DNA of 63,905 bases, counting the filler, from Octopus bimaculoides (lineage: Eukaryota), in the NCBI RefSeq assembly GCF_001194135.2. It is 3 parts of 3 records of this genome, joined end to end, with 100 filler letters (N's around TTAATTAATTAA, not from the genome) between each part and the next. Parts side by side here need not be neighbours in the genome. Positions count along the whole stretch, not along the records: positions 40,669 to 63,905 come from NC_068996.1; 2 more parts are not named here. One strand, written 5' to 3'. The number at the start of each line of letters is the position of its first letter. Positions within the stretch are counted from its first letter, which is position 1. The notes under the pieces were generated by a model. The model was not told the DNA's origin. It saw nothing but the letters and a program-made list of their open reading frames with translations, and made no database searches. Position numbers and translations under genes: made by a program. Positions 50,990 through 63,837 of the stretch are shown in pieces.

Positions 50990-51822
50990 CAGTGAAATAA
51001 TATTATAGATTACTATTATTATTACTATTGTTTTTTTCCCCCAGTTAATAGTAATTTCAAACATTTCCTGGAAGATTTTTACAAGTTTTTTAAAGCCGCC
51101 TGCCGGCCTGTCTGTCTAGTGTTCTATCTATACACCCGCATATATATATCTGCATACATACACATCTAACTATCTATCTATCTATCTATCTATCTATGTA
51201 AAACGCGGAAAACGAGCTTTTTCTTGTTGAAAAAGTATGTATACTACAAACAATTGATTAAAAAAAGACGGGGAAAATAATTAATAATAATAACGACAAC
51301 AACAATAACAATAATATTTTAATCCTGCTTTGTGTTATTTGTGACGATAAATAATTCAATTTTTAAGAAAAAAAGAAATTTACAGAACGAGATTTAGTAG
51401 AGAAAAAAGCAAAACGCGACGCAACCCAAAACGCAAACGCAATTATTAGAAAGGACTGCAATTATATTCTTACTAATTGCTTCAAATTGATGTAATTATC
51501 ATACATATTTTTGCATATAATTAAAAGACAACCGAAAGAAAACTTAGACATAAGAATAATATTATTTTATAGTAGTAATATTATTCCAATTAAGCATTGT
51601 TCCTGTAAACGAAAGTAAGATTCTACCAGATCAAAGCATGGAGGATGAAGAATGCATTGAGGTAAGTTTCGAAGTTACTATCATTCCTTCTCTTCTTCTT
51701 TCTCGTTTTTTCTTTATTAAAAAGATTAAATTTTGTTAATGTTAAGACTGTTTTTCTACATACTTTTTTCTTTTTTTTATAATTTTCCTCTGCCTTTCCT
51801 TGCCTATACACGCACACATATA

Positions 51823-51904
<82 letters not shown>

Positions 51905-52047
51905 TATATACAAGCACGTATACATATATGCATGCATGCATACAGACACACACACATACATATGTATATATAATTACGATTATATTAGAATTTAATGTGA
52001 TGTGTATATTAATGGAAATATGTATTATTTGATAACTGTTTGACCCT

Positions 52048-52175
52048 GCTCCATGCAACTTAAGAGTTTCGTAGGGTCGTATAGCGAACCTAACTTGTCA
52101 GGCATCTTCATCTCCAGATTCCTGGCGATCTAGGTTCGCTCTTCGAGTCTGCAAAACTCTTAAGTTTCATAGAGC
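52048..52175. other. Long ungapped inverted repeat (hairpin)
   Basis: 52048-52092 pairs with 52175-52131 without indels: 37 Watson-Crick pairs, 2 G-U and 6 mismatches by hand count. Confidence 0.85.
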
Positions 52176-52269
52176 TGATTCAAGCTTATCAAATTATATG
52201 CAACTTCTACTAAATGTATGGAGTACCCCCCCCCATCTCTCTCTCTCACACACACATATATATGAGAGA

Positions 52270-52778
52270 GCGAGAGAGATATACCTACATAAATGGGTCC
52301 CACCAAATTTGTTTTCGCATAACTTTCAGAAAAACGGCTACTTTTTAATGAAATTTTCTACAGATATCTTTCAGGTGTTGTAGATTCTAATTCTCACATT
52401 GAATTCTGATACCCATTTTTCTAAAAGTTATTTAGGAACAAAATAAGGTCGAAACAAAAATGATAGTATTAATGAGATTGGTGGGAGCGCTTTTGTGTAG
52501 ATGCGCCCTGGTGTACCTACACAAATGTGCCCCACCGATGTTGTTTTTATCATAACTTACAGAAAAATGGATATTATTTAATGAAGTTTTTTTTTTTCAG
52601 AAAAACCTTTCAAATAGTGTAGATTACAATTACATATGAATATGGCATGAATTGTTTCTCTCGGAGAGAATAGAGAAAGGAGTTTCGGATATTTCATACG
52701 CTTCGAATTTGCTTCCTCAAAAGAAATCTTGAAAGTTTGAAAATATTATGTGACGTGTGTCCAGACACACACACACAC

Positions 52779-52810
<32 letters not shown>

Positions 52811-53575
52811 TTGTGCGCGTAAATTATTTCTTTTTACATAAAATTCCGATATAATTGTAATCTGCATCAACTGAAAGGTATATGTTAAAATTTTCATTAA
52901 AAAATACATTTTTCTGAAAGTTATCAGGAAAAACATCGGTGGGGCACATTTATGTAGGTAAGCCGCTACACCTTTGACATAAAACGCCTCAGTTGAAAAT
53001 TTCATTAAAAAAACATACCTATATTTTTGAAAGTTATGAGGAAACAAACTCGATGGGGCACTCTTGTGTAGGTAAACCCCTTTGGCATATTAACATATAT
53101 CTCTCTTTCTCTCTCTCTCTCTCACTTGCGCGAATTTTTATTAATCGCGAAATAAGCGTGGGGAATTTCCATCGAGATTTTCCTCTCTAAACGTGGGCGG
53201 GGTTGACATGTTCTAGCGCCACCGCTAAAACTATCGCATTTCTAAATTCTTTCTTTCTCTTGCTTATCTTCTATTATTGTTGTTGTTGTTGTTATTACCA
53301 TCATCGTTATAATTATTATTGGCATAAGTACATAACTACGACCCCCGAATTTATTTCCTCATAACTTTCTGAGAAATGAATATGTTTTAATTAAATTTTC
53401 TACTAATTCATTTCAGAAGGTATAGATTATGATTATATAGGAACTTAACGGGAAAATAATTAGTGGGCGCGTGCGCGCGTACTCTCCTTCTCTCTCCCTC
53501 TCTCTCTCATACACACAGACAGACATATGAACAAAATAAAACTTGAAATTCTGAAAAAATTACGATGTGTCAGTA

Positions 53576-53624
<49 letters not shown>

Positions 53625-53780
53625 ACATTTTTCTTTTCTTTAGGTTACATTCCGATATAACCTTGATCTATACTATCTGAAACGTATTCGAAGAAAATTT
53701 CATTAAAAAATATATCCATTTTTCTGAAAGTTATGAGGAAACAAAGTCACTGGAGTGCGGGACACACTTGTGTAGGTGCC
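52270..53780. repeat. Cluster of six alternating-orientation copies of an 80-150-bp motif (foldback/MITE-like)
   Basis: cataactttc.ga.aaa...ttaatgaa.ttt forward near 52316, 52550 and 53360; aaaattt(t)cattaaaaaa...tgaaagttat reverse near 52888, 52996 and 53694. Confidence 0.75.
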
Positions 53781-54110
53781 CTGTCGTTAAGAAACTTGCT
53801 TCCTGACCATGTGGTCTTGCTTTCTGTCCCACTTAGGCAAGTGTCTTCTACTATAACCCTAGGACTACCAGTTCCTGGTCAGTAGATTTCATAGAGAGGA
53901 ACTGAAAGAACCCTGTATGTGTTTGCTACCATCATTGCTTGATAACTAGTGTTGGTTTATTTACATCCCTGTATCTTAGTGATTTGGTCAAAAGACTGAC
54001 AGAATAAATACTTCAAATATAAGTAGTAGGGTCAATTTATTCAGCTGAATCCTTCAAAGTGGTGCCCCAGCATGACCACAGTTCAATAGCTGACACAAAT
54101 AAAAGATTCT
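53780..54110 (+). mobile_element. Family-B SINE, degenerate
   Basis: aagaaacttgcttcc...ttaggcaagtgtcttctactataacc...ggtgccccagcatgaccacag...aataaaaga. Confidence 0.75.
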
Positions 54111-54123
54111 TCTTCTTTTTCTC

Positions 54124-54158
<35 letters not shown>

Positions 54159-54164
54159 AACAAG

Positions 54165-54545
54165 CTAAGGCAGTGAGGTGACAGAATCATTTGCCGGGGA
54201 AAACTACCAAGCAGTATTTTGTTTGTTTTTATATTCTGAGTTCGAATTCTGCTGAAGTCGACGTTACCTTTCATCCTTTCAGGGTCGATGAAATAAGTAC
54301 CGGTTGAGTACTAGGGTCCATGCAATCAACTATCCCCCTCCCCCAAAATGTCAGGCCTTGTGCCTATAATACAAAGCTGGCAGAGTTGTAAGTGTGCTGA
54401 ACAAACATGCATTCTGAGTTCAAATTCTGTTGAGCTCTACTTTGCGTTTCATCCTTTCAGGGTTGACGAAACGGCTGAGTACTGAGGTGGATGTTACTGA
54501 CTAGTACCCTCCCTCACAAATTTCAGGCCTTGTGTCTATAATAGA
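54165..54545 (+). mobile_element. Tandem family-A SINE dimer after (ATT)n
   Basis: Two B-boxes (gagttcgaattc near 54239, gagttcaaattc near 54417), each followed by the family-A body. Confidence 0.8.
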
Positions 54546-55028
54546 AAGGCTTACTGTTACTATTTGGTGAATGGCTAAAACTGTTTGGATAATTGAACCT
54601 ACCCTAAGCAAGCGTCTGTGGATTGGAAAACAACAGTTGGGCGAGGGTTTTGATGGTCAGGATATTCTTGTGGGGGTTTCCTTCATTGGCCCAAGCTGGA
54701 GGTTCTTCTGTATCAGGAGGAGCGCATTATTCATGTTATCACATACTTTGTATTCGATGTATACTTTTATCCTATTTCCATTCTCTTCCTTTTTTTTGCT
54801 TCACATCTTTTATGTAAACCCCAATAAAGATTACAGACTGTCCTCCCGATGTACCCCTCATCTTTGCTTCTCTGGCAAATGAAAAAAAAAAGATCATTCT
54901 TATTATTTTTTGTGGATAAGATAAATGGAAACTGAATGAAGCCTTACAGACACATACATAAAAAAGTGTCTCCTACTTAACCTGGGCCAACCAAAGCCTT
55001 GTGAATAGATTTGGTAGATGGAAACTGT

Positions 55029-55089
<61 letters not shown>

Positions 55090-55399
55090 ACATGTTTGTG
55101 TTTGTCCCCATAATCACTTGACAACTGGTGTTGGTTTGTTAACATCCAAAAGTGACCAGACTTTAGAAAAAGGTTCAATTTACTTAGCTAAACCAGTATT
55201 TCTCAAACATTATTAACCAATGGACCCCTTTGATCCCCATTTTACTCAAACTGGCCCTTGTAGCAATTTGATGTTTCAAAAATCCTAATATGTTTTCCTA
55301 ATTAAATATTTGGAATTGGATTAAAAAATTGTAAAAGATATTTTGTGTATTGCAGAAGAATAACCAATTTATTGCACATCTCCACCATCTTCAGCATCT

Positions 55400-55620
55400 T
55401 CTCTCTTTCTCTCTCTCTCTCTCCTCCCTTTCTCTCTCTCGCTCTCTCTCCTCCCTTTCTCTCTCTCCTCCCTTTCTCTCTCTCCTCCCTTTCTCTCTCT
55501 CCTCCCTTTCTCTCTCTCCTCCCTTNNNNNNNNNNCCTTTCTCTCTCTCCTCCCTTTCTCTCTCTCCTCCCTTTCTCTCTCTCCTCCCTTTCTCTCTCTC
55601 CTCCCTTTCTCTCTCTCTCC
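55400..55620 (+). repeat. 17-bp polypyrimidine minisatellite (ctctctctcctcccttt)n
   Basis: Directly visible, interrupted by a 10-N gap. Confidence 0.92.
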
Positions 55621-56125
55621 TACTGAGGTTGTCATGTAATCTCTTCTTACTGCATGCAAGACACCTATTTCAGTCCCTCATACTCTAACCTCTTCTTGTC
55701 TGGCACAAAGCCATCTTTGTCAATATTACTTCCCCCGTCTCAGTTGAGGGGGGTTTTGTCTCGTAAGTTATTTGATAGCCGCACTGCTGCTTCTGGTGCA
55801 ACATGAAAAGCATGCAGCCCACACTGTGAAGTGGTTGGCATTAGGAAGAGCATCCAGCCACAGAAAACCATGACAGATCAAACAGAAGAGCTTGGTGCAG
55901 TCTTCTGGCGTACCAGCCCCAGTCAACCCTTCCAACACATACCAGCATGGAAAACAGACATTAAACGATAACCTTGCACACACACACACGCACACACACA
56001 CACACGCGCACACACACGCACACACATAGAAAACAAAGTTATTTTATTTCACATGGGTAGAAATATAGGAAAAACTTTTATTTTTCTTATANNNNNNNNN
56101 NATATATATATATATATATATATAA

Positions 56126-56156
<31 letters not shown>

Positions 56157-56692
56157 GTTAGACATATCCCACTCATTCTGTGTAGGCCTTTAGAACTGCA
56201 CCCAAGTGGGATTTTCTAGAATATGGAATACATGTGACAGTGCTAAATGCACATGCATGTACAGAAAAACAGATTAAAATCAAAAGTTTTGTAATGCCAT
56301 CTTTGTCAACCACTGAAAAAGACTCTTTGAAATGATCTAAATCAAAATTTCATGTTCGTTTCATGTTTCAGACATCAACTTAATAATGACCAGATTATTT
56401 AAATAAATTCATTATTTTTCAAACTTAATTGAAACAAAGGTGCAGTGTAGTTCTAGAGAAATACAGTAACAAGAGGGTTAATAATCACCCTCAGATATAG
56501 ACATGGGGTAGTGAGTTTTTTGAACAGTAACCAATGGATATTGTGTGTGAAATAGTCCAGTTATTTCAGTGTATATCACTAAGGTGATGAAGTTAATCAG
56601 TTTAAACACTGCACACTGCACACACTTTACTAACATCACTTGCAGTACAAAACACACGTACACACACAGACATGCACAGACACACACACACA

Positions 56693-56750
<58 letters not shown>

Positions 56751-56791
56751 TACAGACATGCACAGGCACACACAAACACAGACATGCACAG

Positions 56792-56846
<55 letters not shown>

Positions 56847-57487
56847 TGTACATGTATTGTATACGTAGCTATAAAATTATATATTTTCCTATCATCCAGT
56901 TTCACAAAACTCATTCAGTAAGGAAAGTCTGCATTCATTGATATTTGTATTACTACTACACAGCACTTTGGTCAAGTATCTCCTACAGTAGCCCTAGGTC
57001 AACCAGAGTCTTGTGGGTGGATTTGGTAGACAGAAACTGAAAGAAGCCTGCCATATGTGTGTGCATGTATTTATAAGTGTGTCTATCTATGAGTTTCTGT
57101 TTGTTCCCCATTTATTGCGTGACAATTGGTGTTAGTTGGTTTACATTCCCCTGACTTTGTGGTTTGGAGAAAGAGGCTGATAAAATAAGTATCTGGCTTA
57201 AAATCAAATATTGGCATCAATTTGTTTGACTCACCTTTCAAGGTAGGATCTCAACAAAACCAGGATCCAATGAATGAAACAAATAAAATACAAAAGCTAT
57301 ATTATGTATGGGTGTATATGTTTGCATATACATATACATACATATATACATACACATATATATATGTAATTTTTGCTTATATATTTGTTGGTGTATCTCT
57401 ACTGAAGATTGTAAAGAAATCTTCGTTACAGAGCATGAAATCTTAAGATATAGGATTATCCAAAGTTTTGTAAATCTTGCTCATTAC

Positions 57488-57499
57488 CTTGCATTCGAC
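57488..57499 (-). CDS. Candidate 12-nt microexon (GTCGAATGCAAG)
   Basis: tttgttctctatttataacctcag|GTCGAATGCAAG|gtaatg. Good acceptor and donor, length divisible by 3, no stop in any phase. Parent gene unknown. Confidence 0.3.
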
Positions 57500-57624
57500 C
57501 TGAGGTTATAAATAGAGAACAAATTTAGAGTGGGTTGTAAGTATTTGACATCTACTTCTAGCATATAGGTGCTGGTATTCCAGTGCCCTTAATTATAATT
57601 ATACACTTAAATATATATATATAT

Positions 57625-57689
<65 letters not shown>

Positions 57690-57879
57690 CATATATATAT
57701 TATGAATGCAAAGCTGAACATGTATGTGTGTCATTCATTGCTCAGTGTTACTCATTTATGATCCATATTTGTAAATCTATTTCTTGTTCTTATCTCCTAC
57801 TGGTGTCATTATATTTCTGTCTATTGATCTTTATATACAATTATCTTTATCCATCCAACCATTTGCTAAATAAAGTAGG

Positions 57880-58039
57880 TACAGGTACATGGCTGTGTAG
57901 TAAGTTTACTTCCCAACCACATAGTCCTTGGTTCAGTTCTTTTGAGCAACACCTTGGGCAATTGTGCCTTGTACTATTGGCCCAAGCTGACCAAAGCCTT
58001 TGGAATGGGTTTGGTAGATGGTAACTGAAAGAAGCTCAT

Positions 58040-58081
<42 letters not shown>

Positions 58082-58287
58082 TGTCTCCTTGCCCTAACTT
58101 CATACGATAGTTGTCAATGAACGTCAGTGTTATGCAAGCTGTGTGCTTCATTTCCAGTCTTTTGTGAAAATATGCCTGGCCAATGGGAAATATTTATCTC
58201 ACTTGGAAACAAGTGCGGGTTGGCAACAGGAAGGTGTATCTGGCCATAGTAAACCTGCTTCGACAAATTCTGTCTGATTCATGTTAA

Positions 58288-58319
<32 letters not shown>

Positions 58320-58320
58320 A
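57880..58320 (+). mobile_element. Family-B head and CORE-like segment joined to a different (GAT)n-ending tail
   Basis: ggctgtgtagtaagtttacttcc...ccttgggcaa...(TG)n, then ...ggttggcaacaggaaggtgtatctggcc...gttaaat(gat)n instead of the family-B tail. Confidence 0.65.
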
Positions 58321-59543
58321 ATGGTGATGATTAAGAAACATATGAAAAGCATTCAAAAATAACAATAGTACTGGAGCATAACAAAGAATAATAAAAGTAA
58401 CAAGCAATAATCCTTTCTATTATAGGCACAAAAATGTGAAACCGGAAGAAATGCTACTTTGCATTTTGTCTGGCCTGCTAACGACTCTGCCAATTCAACG
58501 CCCTCACAACAAATAAAAACGACAAGAAAATCTATTGTTGAGATCCATTTCTTTACAACCAGAAAAGAAACACACACACACACAAAGAAAAATACAGTGC
58601 TATGTTTGAAATGACACCATAGAAGACAAATACAGTAAAATTTAACAGACTGTACACATACATACATGCATACACCCCCCCCCACACACCCAACCACACA
58701 CACACACACACACACACAGAAACAGTGTGTGGAAGGACACAAAGTAAGTGTGGTATAGATATCCACAAAATAGTGCCCAGACAGAAGAGATCTTAAAATT
58801 CAACTCATTTGTGCTCAGCTGTAAGAACAATCCTCATTGAGCTGGTATGAAAGTGAAAAGGTAGATAAACACAAGCAGGGTTAACTTGTAGATTTACATG
58901 GAATACAAAATACTGAGTGTAAAATAAAGAAATCAAGAAAACGAAAGGAGTAGTGTAATAATAACCTTATCTCGATACCTGTTTCAGGAGCACCATGGCT
59001 TATCCCATAATCACACTCATATGTAATAGATGTGCATGATGTTATAGATATCTGTCATAGCAAAGGTCACCCTTATAAACCTCATCATTACTGACCAGAG
59101 ATGTCATTCCTATCAGAGGCCCTTTCTACAATTTTACACCTGCCATTGTGAATTAATTATTTTCTATTATACAGTGTCATGTAAAAATACCCATGAAGGA
59201 CCACGCAAAAGCATCCAGCACACGCTGTAAAGGGGTTGGCATTGATTTGTAGAAACCATGCTAAATCAGACTGGAGTCTGCTGCAGCCTCCTGGCTTGCC
59301 AGTTCTTGTCAAACCATCGAAACCTTTGCCAGCATGGACACCAGATGTTAAATGGTGATGAATATAATGTTAAATATAACAGGCACAGGAGTGGCTGTGT
59401 AGTAAGTAGCTTGCTTACAAACCACATAGTTCTGGGTTCAGTCCCACTGCGTGGCATCTTGGGCAGGTGTCTTCTTCTATAACCTCGGGCTGACTAAAGC
59501 TTTACGAGTGGATTTGGTAGATGGAAACTGAAAGAAGCCCATC

Positions 59544-59579
<36 letters not shown>

Positions 59580-59764
59580 TAATACATCCATTTGTTGTTT
59601 ACATCACCTATCTTCGTCTGTTGTTTTTTCGGGAATTCTCCCTATATATATNNNNNNNNNNNNNNNNNNNNNNNNNNNNNNNNNNNNNNNNNNNNNNNNA
59701 TATATATATATATACATATGTATATATATATATATTTATATATACATACATATACATATACATA

Positions 59765-60482
59765 TGTAATGGATGAGGATGGCTGTGTGAAAAAGTGCCA
59801 CACCCTAGTGGTTGAGGGAACCCGTGGAAGAGGCAGGCCTAGGAAATCCTGGGGTGAGGTGGTGAAGCACGACCTCCGAACATTAGGCCTCACCGAGGCA
59901 ATGACTTGTGACCGTGACCTTTGGAAATATGCTGTGCGTGAGAGGATCCGGCAAACCAAGTGAGACCAAAATCCAAGGCCTCTGCCAGGGATGTAGCCAG
60001 CCCACTTACGCGTAACATTCCTTCGTTGGACACTAAACTCCGCTTGCGAAGACATGGTGAGGCAAGTGAAATCGAAATCAAACTAAATTTGTAGGAACAC
60101 TAAACTCGGTTTGCGAAGACCTGTTGTGGCAAGCGAAAGCGAAATCGTGATGGCACCTATACCAGTGGAACACTAAGAGTGCCGTCTGAGCGCGATCATT
60201 GCCAGTGCCAATGGACTGGCTCCTGTGCAGGTGGCACGTAAAATGCACCATTTCGAGCGTGACCGTTGCTAGTACTGCCTGACTAGCCCTCGTCCCGGTG
60301 GCACGTAAAAGCACCCACTACACTCTCTAAGTGGTTGGTATTAGGAAGGGCATCCAGCTGGAGAAACCATGCCAAAACAGACAATGGAGCGTGATGCAGT
60401 CAAAGGACTCAATAGATCCTTGTGAAGCCATCCAACCCATGCCAACATGGAACATGGATGTTAAATGATGATGATGATGATG
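59765..60482 (+). mobile_element. 5'-truncated RTE LINE: ORF C-terminus, repeat-containing 3'UTR and (GAT)n tail
   Basis: VMDEDGCVKKCHTLVVEGTRGRGRPRKSWGEVVKHDLRTLGLTEAMTCDRDLWKYAV* (stop at 59963), then duplicated UTR blocks, the ggttggtattaggaagggcatccagc motif and gttaaat(gat)n. Confidence 0.88.
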
Positions 60483-61090
60483 TATATATGACAGGGTGTT
60501 TTAGTTTTTGTTAGCCAAAGCCACTCACGAGGCTGTGGTCAGCCTAGGGTAATAGTAGAAGAGAGTGGCCTAAGGTGCCACACAGTGGGGCTGAACTTAG
60601 AACCATGTGGTTAGGAAGCAAACATCTTATCATACAGTCATACCCGTACATATGTATTTATGTGTCTGTGTATGTATATATATGTATATGTGTGTTTGTA
60701 TGTATATATATGTATATATATATATATATATATATTTATATCACTATCTTCTTCACCTGCATCTTCAATTAACTTCTCTTTTTCTCTCCTTTTCTCTGTC
60801 TATCGATGTAGCCATCAATTCGTCTGTCTAGCTATCTCTGTCTGTCTGTCTCTCTCTCTTTCTCTCTCTCCCCTTCTCTCTCTCATTTACTACCCACCTC
60901 TAATATTACTCTAGCTGCCAAAATTTCATTCATGTCTTTATAAGTACATCAATGCGGGCCAAGATGAAAATTATAAACAATATGTTGACACTAAACACAC
61001 ACACACAGTTATTTATAAATACTTATGTAATACTAATATATACTGTCTATCAATATTGTTTTTCTTTCTTTCTTTCTTTCTTTCTTTCTC

Positions 61091-61121
<31 letters not shown>

Positions 61122-61473
61122 CTCTCTCTCTCTCTCTCTCACAAACACATACTTACTGCCTTCCTAACTCTCTCAAAGATAAAACTAACATGTGCCGATG
61201 TTTCGCCTTTTTTTCTAATAAACAAATCCAACAAAAAGAAGAATGGTTGGGTTGACATGATAGAAGATGATACCAGTAATAGAAATAAGGTGTGATTGAA
61301 ATTAAGGTATGCTAAGTTCTGAGAAGCTAAGGCTGGGAAGATACAAGTAGTGGTTGTGGATTAGACTCACTCAAACACTCCTCTCCATAAGCTGAAATGC
61401 AGGCCATCACCATATGTGGAAGCTATGATTTCCTGCTTTTATTTTGAACATTACACACTCACACACTCACACA

Positions 61474-61544
<71 letters not shown>

Positions 61545-61979
61545 GGTTCCTCATGGCTCTGAGTTCAATTCCACCATGTGACACTTTGGACAAGTGTCTT
61601 CTACTCTAGCCCTGGGCCTACCAAAGAGCAGTCTTCTCTGTTGCAAATCAGCACAGTCTTCTCTCTTGTACACTATATCTGGTGCCTTTTATACCCAGTA
61701 ATAGAAGTGGGGTACCCTCCCTAACAGTGTAAGGTCTAGATCTGCAAAAAACATTCATGATAAAATTAACCAAATTAATTTTACTTTCTGAATATTCCTT
61801 TCCTCTATATCAAGTGTCTTGTAAAATTTCTTCCAACCACTTAAAGAGTTTCAAATTTTCAAAAAATGTAGTTTTGATGTTGAAAATCAGATGTTTTTTA
61901 GAAGTTTATAATAAAAAAGTTGAAAGCATTTAAGCTTAAGTAATTTTAGCTACTCATAAGTCCCCATTGCTGGACTTAC

Positions 61980-62076
61980 TGGAAGTTGTGACGACATATT
62001 GTGTCACAGCAATGTTTATTTCCTCACTTGAGCCAGGCCCAAGTGTTTTCCACTTGTTGAATGTTGTTAACAACAT
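61980..62076 (-). CDS. Candidate coding exon (MLLTTFNKWKTLGPGSSEEINIAVTQYVVTTS)
   Basis: Acceptor tttgactttaatttag| and consensus donor |gtaagt (61979-61974). 97 nt, only one open frame. No homology recognised. Confidence 0.35.
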
Positions 62077-62499
62077 CTAAATTAAAGTCAAAAATTTAGT
62101 TTAGAAGAAAGTATAAAAAAAAAAAATGGTGGTGATGGTGGTGGAGAAAATTATTGGTTACCAATGATGTTATTGTATGAAGAGTAGTAATGATGATGAT
62201 GATGATGATGGTACAAATGGTATTCTTTTTATCACAAGGAAAGTGAAAATCTAATATCAATCTGTGGGCCCCAGTAAGTGTATTAAGAGTTGTGAGTTTG
62301 AATGGAGATTGACTTTAGTTTGAATGTTATTAGTACCACCCAACAGGTGGAAAATATTTGAGCCTACATCAAGCAGGGAAATAAATGGGGCTGTGACACA
62401 ATTTGTTGTCCTTTTCTTGTATTTTTAGGTGTAGTTTAACAAAGATTTAGCTGGTATTTCTAGCAGGTTGAGAGATCACACAAAGGTTTTATGTGCGCG

Positions 62500-62513
62500 G
62501 TTCCCATGGGAAC
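62500..62513. promoter_or_regulatory. Perfect palindromic RFX X-box-like motif GTTCCCATGGGAAC
   Basis: Matches GTTNCCATGGNAAC exactly and is preceded by a gcgcg CpG patch. Motif only. Confidence 0.35.
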
Positions 62514-63479
62514 AAGCAGTCATGATTTTCAGTATGAGCAGCAACAGCGGCTTCTTCAATTGAATATACCTGTAACTCTTTTTATTATTAATTTCTACAG
62601 ATTTAGCGGGGGAAAAAAAGGGATGTTTGTCATCAGCATACAAAACTATGCCAGAATTACATGTTTTTGAAAATTATCTGCTGAAAATTTGAAAAACTTG
62701 AAGTGATTGGAAGAAAGTTTACAAGATCCTGTGTCAACATTGAAGCATTGGAGACTGAATTCTTTGTCAATAAATCACTGAAAACATTCAAATTTACTTC
62801 AAATGAGAAGTGTTGTTTTCTAACAAATGTGATTTTTGAGTTAATATAATAATCTTGTGGGAGTATGAGGTCTCTTCATAGGAAGAAATGAAACCATCTC
62901 TATTTATCATCATCATTTAATGTCTGTTTTCCTTACTGGAATGATGTGGTGGAAGGATTCCAACTACTCCTCAAGTTACTAAAGGTAGACTGCCTCATTA
63001 TTATAAAACAAAGAAATGGCATCGGCAGTTTGTGAGGTAGCAGTTCACTGCCAGCTTCTGATATAGAGTGTTGAGTCTCATGTAATAGTAGTGCATTGTG
63101 TATATACTTTCTTGCCCCCCACCTGCTTCATTATAATATATATCCAATACAAAGATATAAAACATAAGTTGGATGGTTTGACAGGTGATGGCTAGCTGCA
63201 GAGCTGTCCAGTCTCCATGTCTACTTTGGCATGTTTTCTATAGCTGGATGCCCTTCCCAATGCCAACTACTTTACAGAATGCACTGGGTACCCTGATGCT
63301 GCACTCACATGGGTGTGTTTGCGTGGCATCAGTTGGTGTGTTTTTTTATGTGGTACAAGCACCCAAGATTGAGAATGCTCAGCCGCAGAGGGATGCAGGA
63401 GACAAGCCCGTATTCAAGGACAACGATGATTTTAATTAGTTTGGTGTGTCTGTTGTGCCTTTTATTTCTTTTTTGTTTT

Positions 63480-63720
63480 TAAGGTATTGTGGGCATGCTG
63501 GGGCATTGTAATCAAAGGTTTTAGTTGAACAAATTGATCCTAGTACTTATTTTTTAAAGCTTTGGTACTTATTCTGCTGGCCTCTTTTGCTGAACTGCTA
63601 CCCCAACACTGGTTGGGGTAGCAGTGGTCAGGGACAAACACAAAGGCACAAACACATAGACATACTTATAGACATACCAAACCCACTCACAAAGCTTTCT
63701 ATGCATGTGTGCATGAAACT
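63480..63720 (-). mobile_element. Family-B SINE 3' half
   Basis: catgctggggca...gttgaacaaattgatcctagtacttat...gctgaactgcta...acaaacacaaag. Confidence 0.7.
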
Positions 63721-63837
63721 GTGCATGTGTGTATGTGTGTATATATGTATACATGTATGTATGCATGTACACATGTACACATGTATATTTGTAAATATGT
63801 CATAACTGGGAGCAATTCTAGCTGAAACTTATCTAAG

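Noticed and set aside
12770-59769. Long ORF-track entries containing X runs or YIYI/THTH/CVCV/IIII tracts
   Set aside because: Read-through of N gaps and microsatellites with no coding signal.
62600-62870. Partially open frames after a strong plus-strand acceptor (tttctacag|)
   Set aside because: Multiple stops, no donor and no recognisable motif.
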